NCBI RefSeq assembly: GCF_009914755.1
Contig: NC_060947.1
Strand: one strand, 5' to 3'
DNA: 64,000 bases
Origin: the human T2T-CHM13v2.0 reference genome, Homo sapiens
Part shown: piece by piece, positions 1 to 16,924 of the stretch
Layout of the letters: the number at the start of each line of letters is the position of its first letter
How positions within the stretch are numbered: the stretch's first letter is position 1
Notes under the pieces: model-generated
Databases searched by the model: none
What the model saw: the letters and a program-made list of their open reading frames with translations, nothing else
What the model was told of the DNA's origin: nothing
Position numbers and translations under genes: made by a program

Positions 1-527
1 GCTTCTCATGTATGCTTCAATTTTCCCAATATCTTTGTTTCTCATGAACAATATTTTAATCAATCACTGATTCTTATTAAACATCCACAATGTGCCATTC
101 TTGTACTAGTTGCTACAGAGGGTTAAAATAGTCTTCATTGACTTCAAAAACCTTCAGCTGGGGCTGGTGAAACAAAACTTAACCCCAAGGAACAATTAGG
201 GAGAAATATCAGACAACATATAGTCAGGGGGCTAAATTGTGTGGTATAAGCCAGCAGTTCTCAATCTTGTTCCCCACTACAACACATATAACGAATAATG
301 TTTCCTATACTTGAAACAGTGTAGTACTCAGTAAATATTTATTGAATAAATGTGTGAATGAATCTTCACATGCTTAAGATAATCATACAGTCGTATCCAG
401 GATTCTAATAATCTCAGCCTTTCTCCCCCACCCAAGATAACACACCTATCTGAATACAGGTGATTGAAAGACATGTCTATTATTGGACTAATCAACTTGA
501 ATATATATTATTTAAGTGGCTACCGCA

Positions 528-830
528 CATATATATACACACACACGTGTTTATTCCAGCACTTTATGTGTGTGTGTATATATATATATGGGTGTATATA
601 TATATGTATATATATACACCCATATATATATGTATATATATACACCCATATATATATGTATATATATACACCCATATATATATGTATATATATACACCCA
701 TATATATACACCCATATACACCCATATATATATACACCCGTAAATATGTATATATATATACACCCATATATGTATATATATATGCAATATATATACACCC
801 ATATATATACACGTGTGTGTGTGTATATAT
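528..830. repeat. TA-rich simple/minisatellite array with ~26-bp unit (TATATATACACCCATATATATATGTA) and internal inverted symmetry
   Basis: CACCCATA recurs at 617, 643, 669, 695 (26-bp period), then irregularly; reverse-complement unit TATGGGTG near 587. Explains the six overlapping Y/I-rich ORFs. Confidence 0.95.
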
Positions 831-2129
831 GATAGCCACTTAAATAATATATATAATTATCTGCACCAAATTAAAACATATTTCAGAACTAGTATTGTAA
901 CACCGTGGTTAAGACTTGTCAGAGACTTTAGGTGCTATAGGAGCTCAGTGAAAACAGAGATTATTATGAGCTGAAGTATTACCAAGGGCCTTCATAAAGG
1001 CAAAGGAAGAAAAATTAAGAAAATAGATTGAAAAGCTACAGATAAGCCATGAGGAGTAGGAAGGGAAGAATAAGTATAGAGTGGGCAGGAAGCAGTGAGG
1101 ATGCAGACCTGAAGTGGAGGATCATTGCTGGGGAACAAAGGGAGGCAGGCTTGGGAAGACGAGGTAGGATTGGTTTATTGCAGGCTATAGGAACCAGTCT
1201 GAAGCACTCAGAGTGATCCAGAGGGCAACAGGGAGCTATTGTAGAGACTCAAGCAAAGTCCAGTGGAAAAGGTGTTTGTGAGATCTGTGTATGTATGAAT
1301 GAATATAAAAAAGACAGGGTGAAAAAGATGAGCAGGGCAAGATTTATCTTTTTTATAGACCTTTTCTAAAGAGGTGGCAACTGAAGCCTGGCATTTTAAT
1401 ACCATTTTATGAGGCTTCATACATTTTAATTAATGTTAAACTGATTTATACCCTGAGGAGTTATACACAAATGGCACAATCAAATAAAATAAAGGAAGAC
1501 ACATGTGCACAAGTTTGCATGTGTCTATATGTGTTTATAGACACATCTTTCAACTACATTTGACTGTGCTTCTGTTAGAAGTGCCAGGTTCTACCCACAT
1601 CCCAGCCTACTGGCTTCAATCAGAAAGGCAGAATTAACAACACAACAATTTGGAAGGGTTTATTGCCCATTATTTGATCTAAAACAACTTGAACAGTATG
1701 AAAAAGTGAGGCTCTAACACAAAAAGGGAGATTAGTCACGTAGCCACTTTGCTGGCCCCCCTGTTGTGTTTCAACTGTGGGCTGCATTTATTTTTCCCAT
1801 CCTAAAATCAAGTTTCTTAAAAGCTTGCCATGCATTTTAATGCAATTGCTTGCATTTCCCCTTTGGGAAGGAAGAAAACAAGACTTTCCTTATTGCTGAG
1901 CTGGAAATGTGTATGTATACATTTGGGGGTGGAGGGGTGAGGGAACAAGGCATAATAAGAGAAGGAAATGGTTGGCTTCTTAAACCTCATAATCCCAACC
2001 CTAACTACACACAGATCTCCCAGATTCAGTAGTGGCAGGTGGCAGACACGTACTCACCCATAAGCAATGGAGACAAATTAGAAGCATACAATAAATAAGC
2101 CTTTGAATTTGTAAAGCCTTTTATGCTTT

Positions 2130-2262
2130 ATAAATTTTATCACAGTTGATCTTCATCCTACCCTTGCATGGTAGAAAGGGCAGGAATTGTTTTCTCCTTT
2201 ACTTGACAAAAGAAGAAACCAAGATGAAGAAAGCTTGAGTGACTTGCCTAAGATCTCACAAA
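2130..2262 (-). mobile_element. MIR fragment
   Basis: Degenerate MIR core: ...GAAGAAACCAAG...GAGTGACTTGCCTAAGATCTCACA. Confidence 0.55.
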
Positions 2263-2295
2263 TAAGGTGATATACTTTTAAATCACTTTTATTGA

Positions 2296-2622
<327 letters not shown>

Positions 2623-3152
2623 AAATTCACCATTTGAAGTGTATGCGTTAGTGTTTTTGCACAAGCTTGTGAAGGCATCACTGCTGTCTAATTCCAGAAC
2701 ATTTTTATTACCCCCTACAAAAGAATTCCATATCCATTAGCAGTTACTCCCCACCTCTTTACTCCTCCCAGGCCCTAGAAAACAATAACCTCTGTTTCTG
2801 TAAATTTATGCTCTGGACATTTTATATAAATGTAATCATACAATACGTAGTCTTTTGTGTTTGGTTTCTTTCATTTTGCATAAGTTTTCAAGGTTCATCC
2901 ATGTTTTAACATTCATCATGTTTTTCTATGGCCAAACAATATTCCATTGTATACATACAGCACATTTTATCTATCCATTCATTGTTGGACATTTGAATTG
3001 TTTCCAGCTTTGTGGCTATTATGACTAATGCTGCTATGAACATTCAGGTACATGTTTTTGTGTGAACATGGACTTGCATTTATCTTGGGTTTACACCTAG
3101 GAGTGGAATTTCTGGGTCATATGGTAATGCTATATTCAATTTTTTGAGGAAC

Positions 3153-5217
<2,065 letters not shown>

Positions 5218-5589
5218 TCAAATCCTCACCAACACTTGTTAGTATCTGCCTCTTTTACTATAGCCACCTAGTGGACATGAAGCAATTTCTCATTGTGGTC
5301 TTACATTGCATTACCTTGACCGCTAATGATGTTGAGCATCTTTTCATGTGCTTCTTAGCCATTTGTATATCTTCTTTGGGGAAATGTTTATTCAAATTCA
5401 TTGCCAATTTTTAAATTGGATTTTTTTTATTGTTGAACAGTAAGAGTACTTATGTATTCAGTATACAAATCCCTTATCAGATATATGATTTGCAAATATC
5501 TTCTTCCATTCTGTGGGTTGTTTTTTCACTTTCTTGATGGTACTCTTGAAGCACAAAAGTTTTCTTTCTTAATTTCAATGAAGTACAAT

Positions 5590-5592
<3 letters not shown>

Positions 5593-5620
<28 letters not shown>
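5593..5620. repeat. (CT)n microsatellite
   Basis: TCTCTC... run. Confidence 0.9.
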
Positions 5621-5624
<4 letters not shown>

Positions 5625-6935
5625 GCCTTTGCTTTTGTTGTCATATCTAAAAAACCTCTACCTAACCCAAGGTCATGAATATTTGCCCTTATGTTTTCTC
5701 ATAAATACGTATAGTTTTAAGTGTTAACTTTAGGTATTTAATTCATTTTGAGTTAATATTTGCATATGGTGTTTGGGAGGGAAACAACCTCACTCTTTTG
5801 CATGAGGATATCCAGTTGTGTCAGCACCATTTTTAAAAATAATGTTATTTTCCCTATTAAATTCTCTTGGCATCCTTGTTGAATATCAATTGACCATAAA
5901 TGTGTGGGTTTATTTCTGGACTCTCAGTTCTATTCCATTGACCCACATGTCTATCCCTTTGCCAATATCACACTGTCGTGATTACTATAGCCTTGTGCTT
6001 AGTTTTGATATCAGAAAATGTGAGCCCTTCAACTTTGTTCTTTTTCATGGTTATTTTTGCTATTGTAGGTCCCTTAAATTTTTATATGAAGTTAATGATC
6101 AGCTTGTCAATTACTGCAAAGAAGCCATCTGGGATTTTTTAGGGATCACATTGTATCTATCAATCAGTTTGGAGGGTATTGCCATCTTAACAATATTAAG
6201 TCTTCTGATCCATGAACATAGGATGTTTATCCATTTATTTAGGTCTACTTTAATTTCTTTTAATGACGGTTTGTAGTGTTTAGTATGCAAATTTTTCACT
6301 TCTTTTGTTAGATTTATTTGTAAGTGTTTTATTCTCTTTCATTCTATTGCAAATTGAACTGTTTTCTTAATTTCATTTTTGTATTATTTACTATTGGTGC
6401 TTAGAAATATAATTTTTTTATATTAACCTTGTATCCTGCAACCTTGCTGAACCTGTTTAATATTTCCAATAGACTTTGTGGATGCCTCAGAATTTTCTAT
6501 ATAGAAAATTACATCATCTGCAAGGGGAGATACTTTTACTCCTTCCTTCCAATCTGTATGCTATTTATTTCTTTGCCTTGCCTAATTACCCTGGCTAGAG
6601 CCACCAATACAGTGTGGAATAGAAATTTTGACAGTGGACCACCTTGTCTTATTCTTGATCTTAAGGGTAAAGCATCCTGTTTTCGCCATTAAGCATAATG
6701 TTAAATGTTATTTGTGGATTTTTCAAAGATGATCTTTATCAGGTTGAGGAAGTTCCCTTCTAATTCTAGTTTGGCAGAAAGTATATTGAAGACAAAGTAG
6801 AAATCAGGATGTGCTTTCTGCTAATACACACTGTCTTCTCACTTTTTTCTGTCCCTGTCGCCTGCTTTAAGAACAGATTGAGATACAAATTTTGGGGACT
6901 TTAGTTGAATACAGCAAACTGTGGACCAAATATCT

Positions 6936-6988
6936 AGATAGACAGACAGACACACACACAGACAGCTAGATAGATACACACACACACA
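6936..6988. repeat. Compound (GACA)n/(CA)n/(GATA)n microsatellite
   Basis: Seen directly. Confidence 0.85.
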
Positions 6989-8400
6989 ATTAAATAAGCA
7001 AAGATAAAATGAACTTGATTCCAAATAAGGTTTCGCTTTCTGAAACAGGATGATTTTAGAGCCCCTGCCTGAACTTATTTTCGTTACAGCTCAGGTGGAC
7101 AACACTAGATAGAAACTACACCAGGTCCTTTGAAGCAGAATAAACTGATACCAAGCAGACACAATCATCAAGGATTCCGACCCAGCATAGAGCCTAACTT
7201 TAGATTCTGGGTTCAGAGAGCATACCTTTATGACAGACAGCAAAGCAATCACAGGATAATGGTCTTGACGTTCAATGAAGACATCTCTTGAGCCAGGATT
7301 CAGGTTGTAATTCTAATACTAGGGGAAGTGAGGACTACACAGTAGTATTAGACAGTATAACCAGAATTTTGTGAATGATGGCTAACCTAATTCCAAGCTT
7401 CACAAAACTTTTTAGGGGTGTTCAGGAGGTGCAGGAAGACACCACTAATAAATACCTTGACTTTGACAGAATTTACTCAGGACTATAACAATCATGATAA
7501 AGCCATAGACCCAATTAGGGAGATCTGGGAGAGACAGAGAAAAGTGGCTAATAATCTTTACATATTTCAAAGAAATTGTCATTGAGAAAATAGTTTATCC
7601 TGGCTCCACGGCTTTCAATAAATGTTTCCAGATATCCAAATATTCCTCTTTGCCTTATTAGGCACATCTCCCTTCTGCTCATATCTCTTGATTACCTCCC
7701 ACTGTTAATTCTCAACCTAAATAATATATACTCTACTCCAGCCCCCACCTCACATTTATATGCCCAACAGTTGTCAAATTGGGGAAAAAAAAAAGGGTTT
7801 GAGCCTTGCTGACAAGTAAAAACCTATTCAGTAAAGTGAAACATTGCACCAGCAGAGGGCCAAGGGGCCTTCTGAGTTGCTGTTGGTCATTGGGTTCCAC
7901 CCTAATGGAACTCTCAGTACTTAAATACATCCTATATTGACATGGTAGTCTCATTTCTTTCACAGGTTTAAGAAAGAACTCTAGGGTTAAAGAATCAATA
8001 TATAAGAATATTTTGAAAAGATCAAGACTATCAGCAGATCCAGAATAGAACCAAGTATATACTGCAACAGAGAGTATTATTAATCTCCATGGCCAAACAC
8101 ACTCTGCAAAGGTACAGTTAGCACCACAGAAGTAAAGCATTTCCTGATATGCAAAGGACTGGAAGAAATTGTTTAAAGGTCATTTTGTTGCCTAGGAAGC
8201 ACTGGGAAAATGAAGAGAAAAAAATGTGATATAAGAAAATATTAACAAAATACCAAAAGCATGAATTTCATTTAACAAAATGAATTTTTAATATGTTGCA
8301 AGTAAACTGAACTGAAAACCAAACTCTACTTTCTTCACTTAACTTTTCAAGACATTTTATCTTCATTTTGGATGGAACTTCTATGGGCATTTGATCCTAA

Positions 8401-8701
8401 TTTTTTTTTTTTTTTTTGATATGGAGTTTCACTCTTTGTTGCCCAGGCTAGAGTACAGTGGCGTGATCTCGGCTCACTGTAACCTCCGCCTCCTGGGTTC
8501 AAGCGATTCTCCTGTCTCAGCCTCCTGAGTAGCTGGGATTACAGGCACACCCCACCACACCTGGCTAATTTTTGTATTTTTAGTAGAGACGGGGTTTCAC
8601 CATGTTTGCAAGGCTGGTCTCGAACTCCTGACCTCAGGCAGTCTGCCTGCCTCTGCCTCCCAAAGTGCTGGGATTACAGGTGTGAGACACCATGCCCAGC
8701 C
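8401..8701 (-). mobile_element. Alu (AluSq/Sp-like)
   Basis: Poly-T, GAGTTTCACTCTTTGTTGCCC, two arms; imperfect TSD ATCC(T/C)AA. Confidence 0.95.
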
Positions 8702-9441
8702 TATCCCAACATTTTTGTTCTAAAGTTTGGTGTCTCCTTTGGTCATTTTCTCAAGTATTTATGGTCTCACAAAAAACACTTAAGTATGTTAAGGAAGCTC
8801 TACACTTAAAATAGCCCAGCACTGAATCCTTTGGTAAACCAGATCATCACTTTATCATGGGAATAATCTATCCCTAATTTATGCATCCCCTCTGGTTGGA
8901 TTAGTATAGTATAGTTTCTTAAAGGAGTACCAATCTAAGTGAGTGTAATAACCAAAGCAATAGCATGGGGTCCTGAAAGCAGTCTCTTTTTGAGGCACCC
9001 TAACCAAACACAGAGGTAGAAATCCACGGACCAGACTTTTCCATCCCTGCCCCAACATTAAGACCTTGCTGATCCCATGTCACTGTTACTCAGGATTCTA
9101 CTCTTTGTTGGAGTACATAGGAAACAATGGATTTGATAATCAGATTAAACCAACCCTTAATGATATATTGGTAGAATATTATATACCATAACGTTTTCAC
9201 CCAGTTTAAATGCATTTTTCCTTGAGAAGGGCCTTATGGTGAGATACTGATAATGCCAGTCTCAGGAAGGCTGATCAGGGAACACCCTTTAGATTGAAGA
9301 AGGACTTCTGATGCCCTTAACATTACACATCAATTCTACCTAATTTATAAAGCAAATCCTGCTCACAGATTGCAGTGTTTCCCCAAAGTTAGTTATCCAT
9401 ATGTACCTCCACAATTTTTTCCATATTCATGAATTGCCAAT

Positions 9442-9816
9442 TGTATTAGTCCATTCTCACACTGCTAAAGACACATCAAAGACTGGGTAATTTATAAAGG
9501 AGAGAGGTTTAATTGACTCACAGTTCAGCATGGCTGGGGAGGCCTCAGGAAACTCACAATCATGGTGGAAGGAGAAGCAAACACATCCTTCTTCACTTGG
9601 CATCAGGAAGGAGAAAAATGAGTGTGCAGCGAAGGGGGAAGACCCTTATAAAACCATCAGATCTTATGAGAACTAACTCACTATCACAAGAGCAGGATGG
9701 GGGAAACTGCCCCCATAAATCAATTATTTCCACCTGGTCTCTCCCACAACACATGGGGATTATGGGAACTACAATTCAAGATGAGATTTGGGTGAGGACA
9801 CAGCCAAACTCTATCA
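9442..9816 (-). mobile_element. THE1 (THE1C/D-like) MaLR solo LTR
   Basis: TGTATTAGTCCATTCTCAC...CAGCCAAACTCTATCA, 375 bp; 5-bp TSD CCAAT/CCAGT. Confidence 0.93.
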
Positions 9817-9839
9817 CCAGTACTGTAAGTTTCCATGTG

Positions 9840-10178
9840 CAGATTGAGTATCCCTTATCCAGAATGCTTGGGACCAGAGGGTTTCAGATTTTTATTTTTT
9901 TTCAGGTCTTGGAATATTTAGAGATACATAATGAGATATCTTGGGAATAAAACCCAAGTCTAAACACAAAATTTATTTATGTTTCCTATATGCCTTATAT
10001 ACAAAGCCTGAAAGTAATTTTATGCAATATTCTTTAAAATTTCATGCATGAAACATAGTTTGTGTACATGAGATCAGATGTGGAATTTTACACTTGTGGC
10101 ATCATGTCAGCACTCAAAAAGTTTCGGATTTTAGAGCATTTCAAATTTTACATTTTTGGATTAGGGATTTTTAATCTG
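9840..10178. mobile_element. Tigger4b (Zombi/MER46-type) DNA transposon
   Basis: TIR CAGATTGAGTATCCCTTATCC ... GGATTAGGGATTTTTAATCTG followed by TA. Confidence 0.85.
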
Positions 10179-11104
10179 TATTACATTTCAGTAGTACTAT
10201 TATTTATTCAATATTTTATTTAAATTAACTTTTAACTTTTATTTAAATATCTACTTTAGCCTAGTTATGTGCCATAATATCTATAAAATTATGGATATTT
10301 GTGCTATATATATTTTTATAATATACATTAAAATAAATCTGTAAATATTGAAATAAATATGTTCATCTATGTGTTACCTAAAAGAATTTATTGTGCTACT
10401 AGTGGCACACATATCACACTTTGGCAAACACGTACTAGTCCAGCCCCATCATTTTGAAGATCATGAGATTCATCAAAGATAAAAAATATGCAAATACTAA
10501 AAAATGTATACAATTCAAAAAGATCTTGAGGATGGTTTCTCCAAGCCCAGCATTAGAAACAATGACACTGTATAACCAGGCACAGTGATATTCTATGGCA
10601 AAATATCAGCAACGATTAGCTAGGCATCTCTGAAGGCTCTAGCACACCAGACTCTGAGGGTTGGTTAAGCATGTCCAGTGTCAACTCAAACCCCAACTCA
10701 TATAATAAAGTTTACATTAAAAGTCAAGGTTTTGATAAATGTCACACTTGGAAGCCAACTAAACGGGCTGAAAGGAAGACACAATTTCCCATTGTCTAAT
10801 TGGCTTGCAGCACCTTCAAGGTAATAAATTTGTCACATTGAATTATTAATGAGAAATGAATATTTGACTGCTGCCTTGAATAGAAAATAGTTCATTATTA
10901 GGTAGCATTGTTCCTTCCAAATAATGAGTCTGGCACTAGGGGAGTTTAGGTACAATGTGACTGAAAATTGTATTTTTCTTCATCACTATATTTCCCATAC
11001 CATACAATTCTTTAAAAAAAAATCTTATGAGCATTTTATGAGCAGAAATAATATCTTTTATTTAGAGCTTAATTTTGCATTAGTTTTTGTGATCATAGAC
11101 TTCA

Positions 11105-11418
11105 TAGGTTTCCCCAATATTTTCAAATATTTAAACATATGCTTGTGATTACGAAAAAGAGTTCCCTAGAGCTGTATTATTATTTAATCAATATTTTCTT
11201 TAAATCAATCCACTTGTTTACTTTTTATACTTGCTAAGCCATAATATCCATTAAATCATGGGTTGATATATGGGTTGCAATGCTTTTCAACTTTGTATCA
11301 AACTAAACACATGAATCCTAAAAATATAAAATATTGGGCTGTTGGCCTGTGTACTGTATATAAATGTCATCTACATACTTGGGGGTGACACTATACATAC
11401 CACATTTTTGAAACACTG
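11105..11418. mobile_element. Second degenerate hAT-Charlie-type element
   Basis: GCCATAATATC..AAA..ATGG shared with 10270-10295; ends CACATTTTTGAAACACTG. Confidence 0.45.
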
Positions 11419-11619
11419 CATTAAATAATATGTACTAAAGTGGGTTTCATAAGAAAATAAGGGAGGAAGAAAGTACATAATCTACAAAATCAAAATTTCA
11501 AAAACATCCTTTTAGGGAAAGACCTGGAGTCCTACTTAATCTTTTACTTTTTTATTAATAAGTCCACTACAACCACCCCCTCCACTCTATCAAACCCCAT
11601 TTTATGCTTATTTAAAGCC

Positions 11620-11852
11620 ATGCCTGCTCTTCCCTCTTAAGGCCTTTCCTGATTACCTCTATCAATTCTGATCTTGTTGTCCTCTGAAATCCGGTAACAT
11701 TTTCCATTCCTCTTAATGCCTTTATCATATTCTGATATCAGCTGTAGTTATGTTTACACCAGACCTACTCCTTTCATCAGACATTGTATCCCTTGAGGTG
11801 CCAGCATGGTACTTTATACACAATAGGTGCTTAATAAACATTAATTGAGTTG
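11620..11852 (+). mobile_element. L2 3' end fragment
   Basis: ...CAATAGGTGCTTAATAAACATTAATTGAGTTG, typical L2 tail. Confidence 0.6.
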
Positions 11853-13273
11853 GAAGAGTATCACACAAACTAGGATACTTTGCCAAGTCTAACTAACTTT
11901 ATGGACCTTTGTTTATTGAGAACCTTGAATGGTCATTACCTGAGCACCAACTCTCAGTGTGCAGACATAGATAATGATGATAAAGTTATAGGAGATTTGA
12001 GTGAACATATAGAGACTGTATATCATGTGCTGGATGCCGAGAGCCTCATTTCAGCTTCTGTTATAAGCAGCATAGGGTGGCTTATCGCAATGCTCTTTCC
12101 ATAAGGCTGCCTAGTGGGACAACGTATCTTGTTTGATGGGTTCAGCAAGTAACAATTAGATTTTTTTTTACATAGGCCACATTTCTTGATCGTGTCTGTG
12201 CAGTGTTCATTATGCTCACTCCCTTGACATCAATACATCAATTTTAAAGAGCATCCAATGCTTTACAGGGTATTATGGAAAGCCCTCTTTGAGTAATGCA
12301 GTTTTTTTTATTGTCCCTGATTATGTACAGCTCTTCCATGGAAAATAGGATATCATATTTTCTGAATATTTGTTCTTCTTATCCTCCCTCAGCCTGGACT
12401 CTTAAACCTAAGGTCCATACGTAGAAAAAAAATGGTATGTATCTAGAATAATCAGGCCCAGTTATGATCTAAGAATTTTTAAGCATTCACAATCAGGAAA
12501 GCTATTTCATGCTCTTTTTCCTCCCTAAGCTAAAGGGCTGAAGAAGTCATATATAATAAGTACCATTTACTCTACAAGCAGACACGCTAAACCCACTCTA
12601 GCAGATGGACAGTGCTAAGATGATATTTATTCTTCCCCAGTGAAGGTGGAATATGAGTTGTGGAATTGGTACCTGCATACAGGTATACAGAAGGACACTT
12701 TGCCAAAATATTCATCACTGCTCTTTTCCCCATTATAGGCACTAGTGAATTATTTTTTTCTACCGATTTATTTTTATATTTGGTAAAATATTGAGACCTG
12801 TTATAATTAAAATTATATATAGATAGAATGAACATGAACTGTTGAAAACCAGAGTAATGGAACTGATGTTTCATAGTAAAGAAAGAGAAGATAGAGCTAT
12901 TTGCAGAAGAAAATATATATTAGTAATAGGTAAAGTAGTTGTGCACAATTCTGAGCATCCTGGCAGCCAAATGCAAGAGTAATACGGAATAAATTATGCA
13001 ATATTTATTATCTAATAACAAGGAGAATCAGAAAAACTAACTGTCCTAGCACTAAACTCTAAGAATTATTTGGATGAAAAACTTTGAAAAAAAAATAAAC
13101 AGCATAATTTATCAAATATTTGCTTATCTAGGGGCCTGAAAATCAAAAACAAATAAGACTCAATCACTGACTTTAAGGTACAAACAGCCAAATTAGTGGA
13201 GTATACATGTGTGTGTGTACATATGTATGTGTACATATAGATATGATTCAGTGTCTTTGAAGTGAGTTCCTAA

Positions 13274-14984
<1,711 letters not shown>

Positions 14985-15010
14985 GAAATGAAAAATTTTA
15001 GAGCCCACTC

Positions 15011-15740
15011 TGTTACAGTAGGTAGCTAGCCAGGCATGAGTGGGGCAAGAGAGGACTCCCCCAACCCCACCGAGAATGTGACGACCATCAGGTTATGGTC
15101 AGGCAATTGTCACACTGTCTCTCTAAAATAATAATTGGTCGCATCCAGCACTAGGGAAGGTTTCCAAATAGAAACACCTGAAACTGGTGATCAGCAGCTT
15201 CCCAATAAGATCTCAGAAGTTGGGCAAGTGGGCTCAAGCATGCACATTAAGAGGCCAACTGGCAGAGTTTAGCTTGTATATGACCTTCTGGGGGCATTCC
15301 ACTGGAAAAGGGAAGAATCCCTCAGGTGAGCACGCCTAAAACTCTAGTAAACATACTAGAGTAGGTGTGCATACTCTCCTCCCAAGTGCTAGCAGGCCAT
15401 TGAACATGCAGGCAGCTCACTTCAAGGGAAGAATGAAGGGAATAAGGACACAAGACATAGGAAGTATGCCTGCATATAAAACCCTAAGTCCAAGGTCAAA
15501 CAGGGCACTTATTCTCCAAGATGCCTGCTTGGCCCTCTTCCAAGTGTACTTTACTTTCTTTTCATTCCTGCTCTGAAGCTTTTTAATGAACTTTCACTGT
15601 GGCTCTAAAGCTTGCCTGGGTCTCTTCTTCTGCCTTATGCCCCTCTGTTGAATAGTTTCTTCTTAGGAGGCAAGAACTGAGGTTGCTGCAGACTCATATG
15701 GATTCACCACCAGTAACTCAGAAAACTTCCACCGCTAACA
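15011..15740 (+). mobile_element. ERV1 solo LTR, MER50-like
   Basis: TG...CA ends, 730 bp, perfect 4-bp TSD ACTC (15007-15010, 15741-15744); TATAAAA near 15475. Confidence 0.85.
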
Positions 15741-16924
15741 ACTCCTGACTTAGTCAACCAGAAATTCTGGAGCTAGAACCTGGCAATCTGTGTTTCAACA
15801 AGCCCTCCGGGGGATTCTGACACACCCTAACATTTGAGGTCCACTGGCTTAGTAATACTCACCCCTAATCTTTGTCTCATGTATCCATCACTGGGATCCA
15901 GGTCTTGATATCTTTCTCATGAGCTGGAGACCCAGGTTGCCTAGATGTTCAGACATATTTGGCCTTTCAATCCCTACTCCTCTTCCAGAATGCTTCCTAA
16001 AGCACAGGAAAAAAGACATAGCCATAGTCTAAAACAAATTTCCCAAAGCCCACTCTATACTTCACACATATCAAGCTTTCAGAATTACCTGGGGTAGTAA
16101 ATCCAAATCCAAAAATTTATTGATATGTTTTGAAGATAAACGTATAGCTGGAGATCAAATGGTGTAAATGATTCTAGCAGTAGTATAACAAATTTTGGGA
16201 TTTCTTTAGACTGAAATAACTGTCAAACAAATTGTTCTATAAATGAAGGCCACAGAAATATAATAATATCATGTTTCATTCAACCAGAGATCACTTTTCC
16301 ATAAACTTCATCTAACTGCAATAACAGGGAAAAGGGGAAAATGAGCAAAAATAAAGCTAAATAAAATAACAAAAAAAAATAAGTTTCCAAGAAGCAAAAC
16401 TGGATGTCACAATGTCTATCCTCTAATCTGATTTACTCATACAGTAATTTCTTAAACTGATATTCAGATGCAATTTTTATTCTAGACATAGCTTTAACAA
16501 TCATGGTTTAGTGATTTTTCTCAGCCCACAGTTAAGAAGGGGTGGAGAAGTTGTTTAGGGTTTGCCCATTACAACAGCAAGAAATTTACACCTGGGGGAC
16601 AGAGAAAGCCAAGAAAGAGGAGATAAACTCCCCAATGTCAGCACAAATACATGTCGTGTCCCTCTACCACACATACAACTCTTTTCCATACAAATCTAAG
16701 TCAAATCACCAAAATTTGCCAATCATCTTCATGATCAACTTGCTAACTGACCAGTTCACTTACATTCTTTGTTTTTTTAACCTATTTAGTTTTAGTTAAT
16801 TTTTTATTTTGTCTTCATAACAGCATTTTGAGAAATGTTCAATTTATTTCTGTCTCAGCTTCCTACTGCTACAACTGAAGAATGAGAGGCAGAAAAAGAG
16901 AACGAGACTGAAGGGATAGAGAAA

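Larger units (their letters stand above)
9373..10432. mobile_element. hAT-Charlie-type non-autonomous DNA element, split by THE1 and Tigger4b
   Basis: TIR-like ends CAGTGTTTCCCCAAAGT and ACTTTGGCAAACAC; internal similarity to 11105-11418. Confidence 0.55.

Noticed and set aside
609-720. Regularly spaced 26-bp repeats, superficially CRISPR-like
   Set aside because: No unique spacers, low complexity, eukaryotic context and no cas genes.
460-843. Six overlapping Tyr/Ile-rich ORFs
   Set aside because: Artefact of the stop-free TA/CA repeat.
6900-7560. Possible CR1/L3 relic
   Set aside because: Only a few short motif resemblances; not enough to call.
7733-8140. 135-aa ORF in unique DNA (also 11880-12104, 39611-39949)
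   Set aside because: No recognisable homology or coding-like composition; lengths are compatible with chance.
9513-9950. 145-aa ORF (and 63097-63411)
   Set aside because: THE1 LTR or Tigger4 translations.
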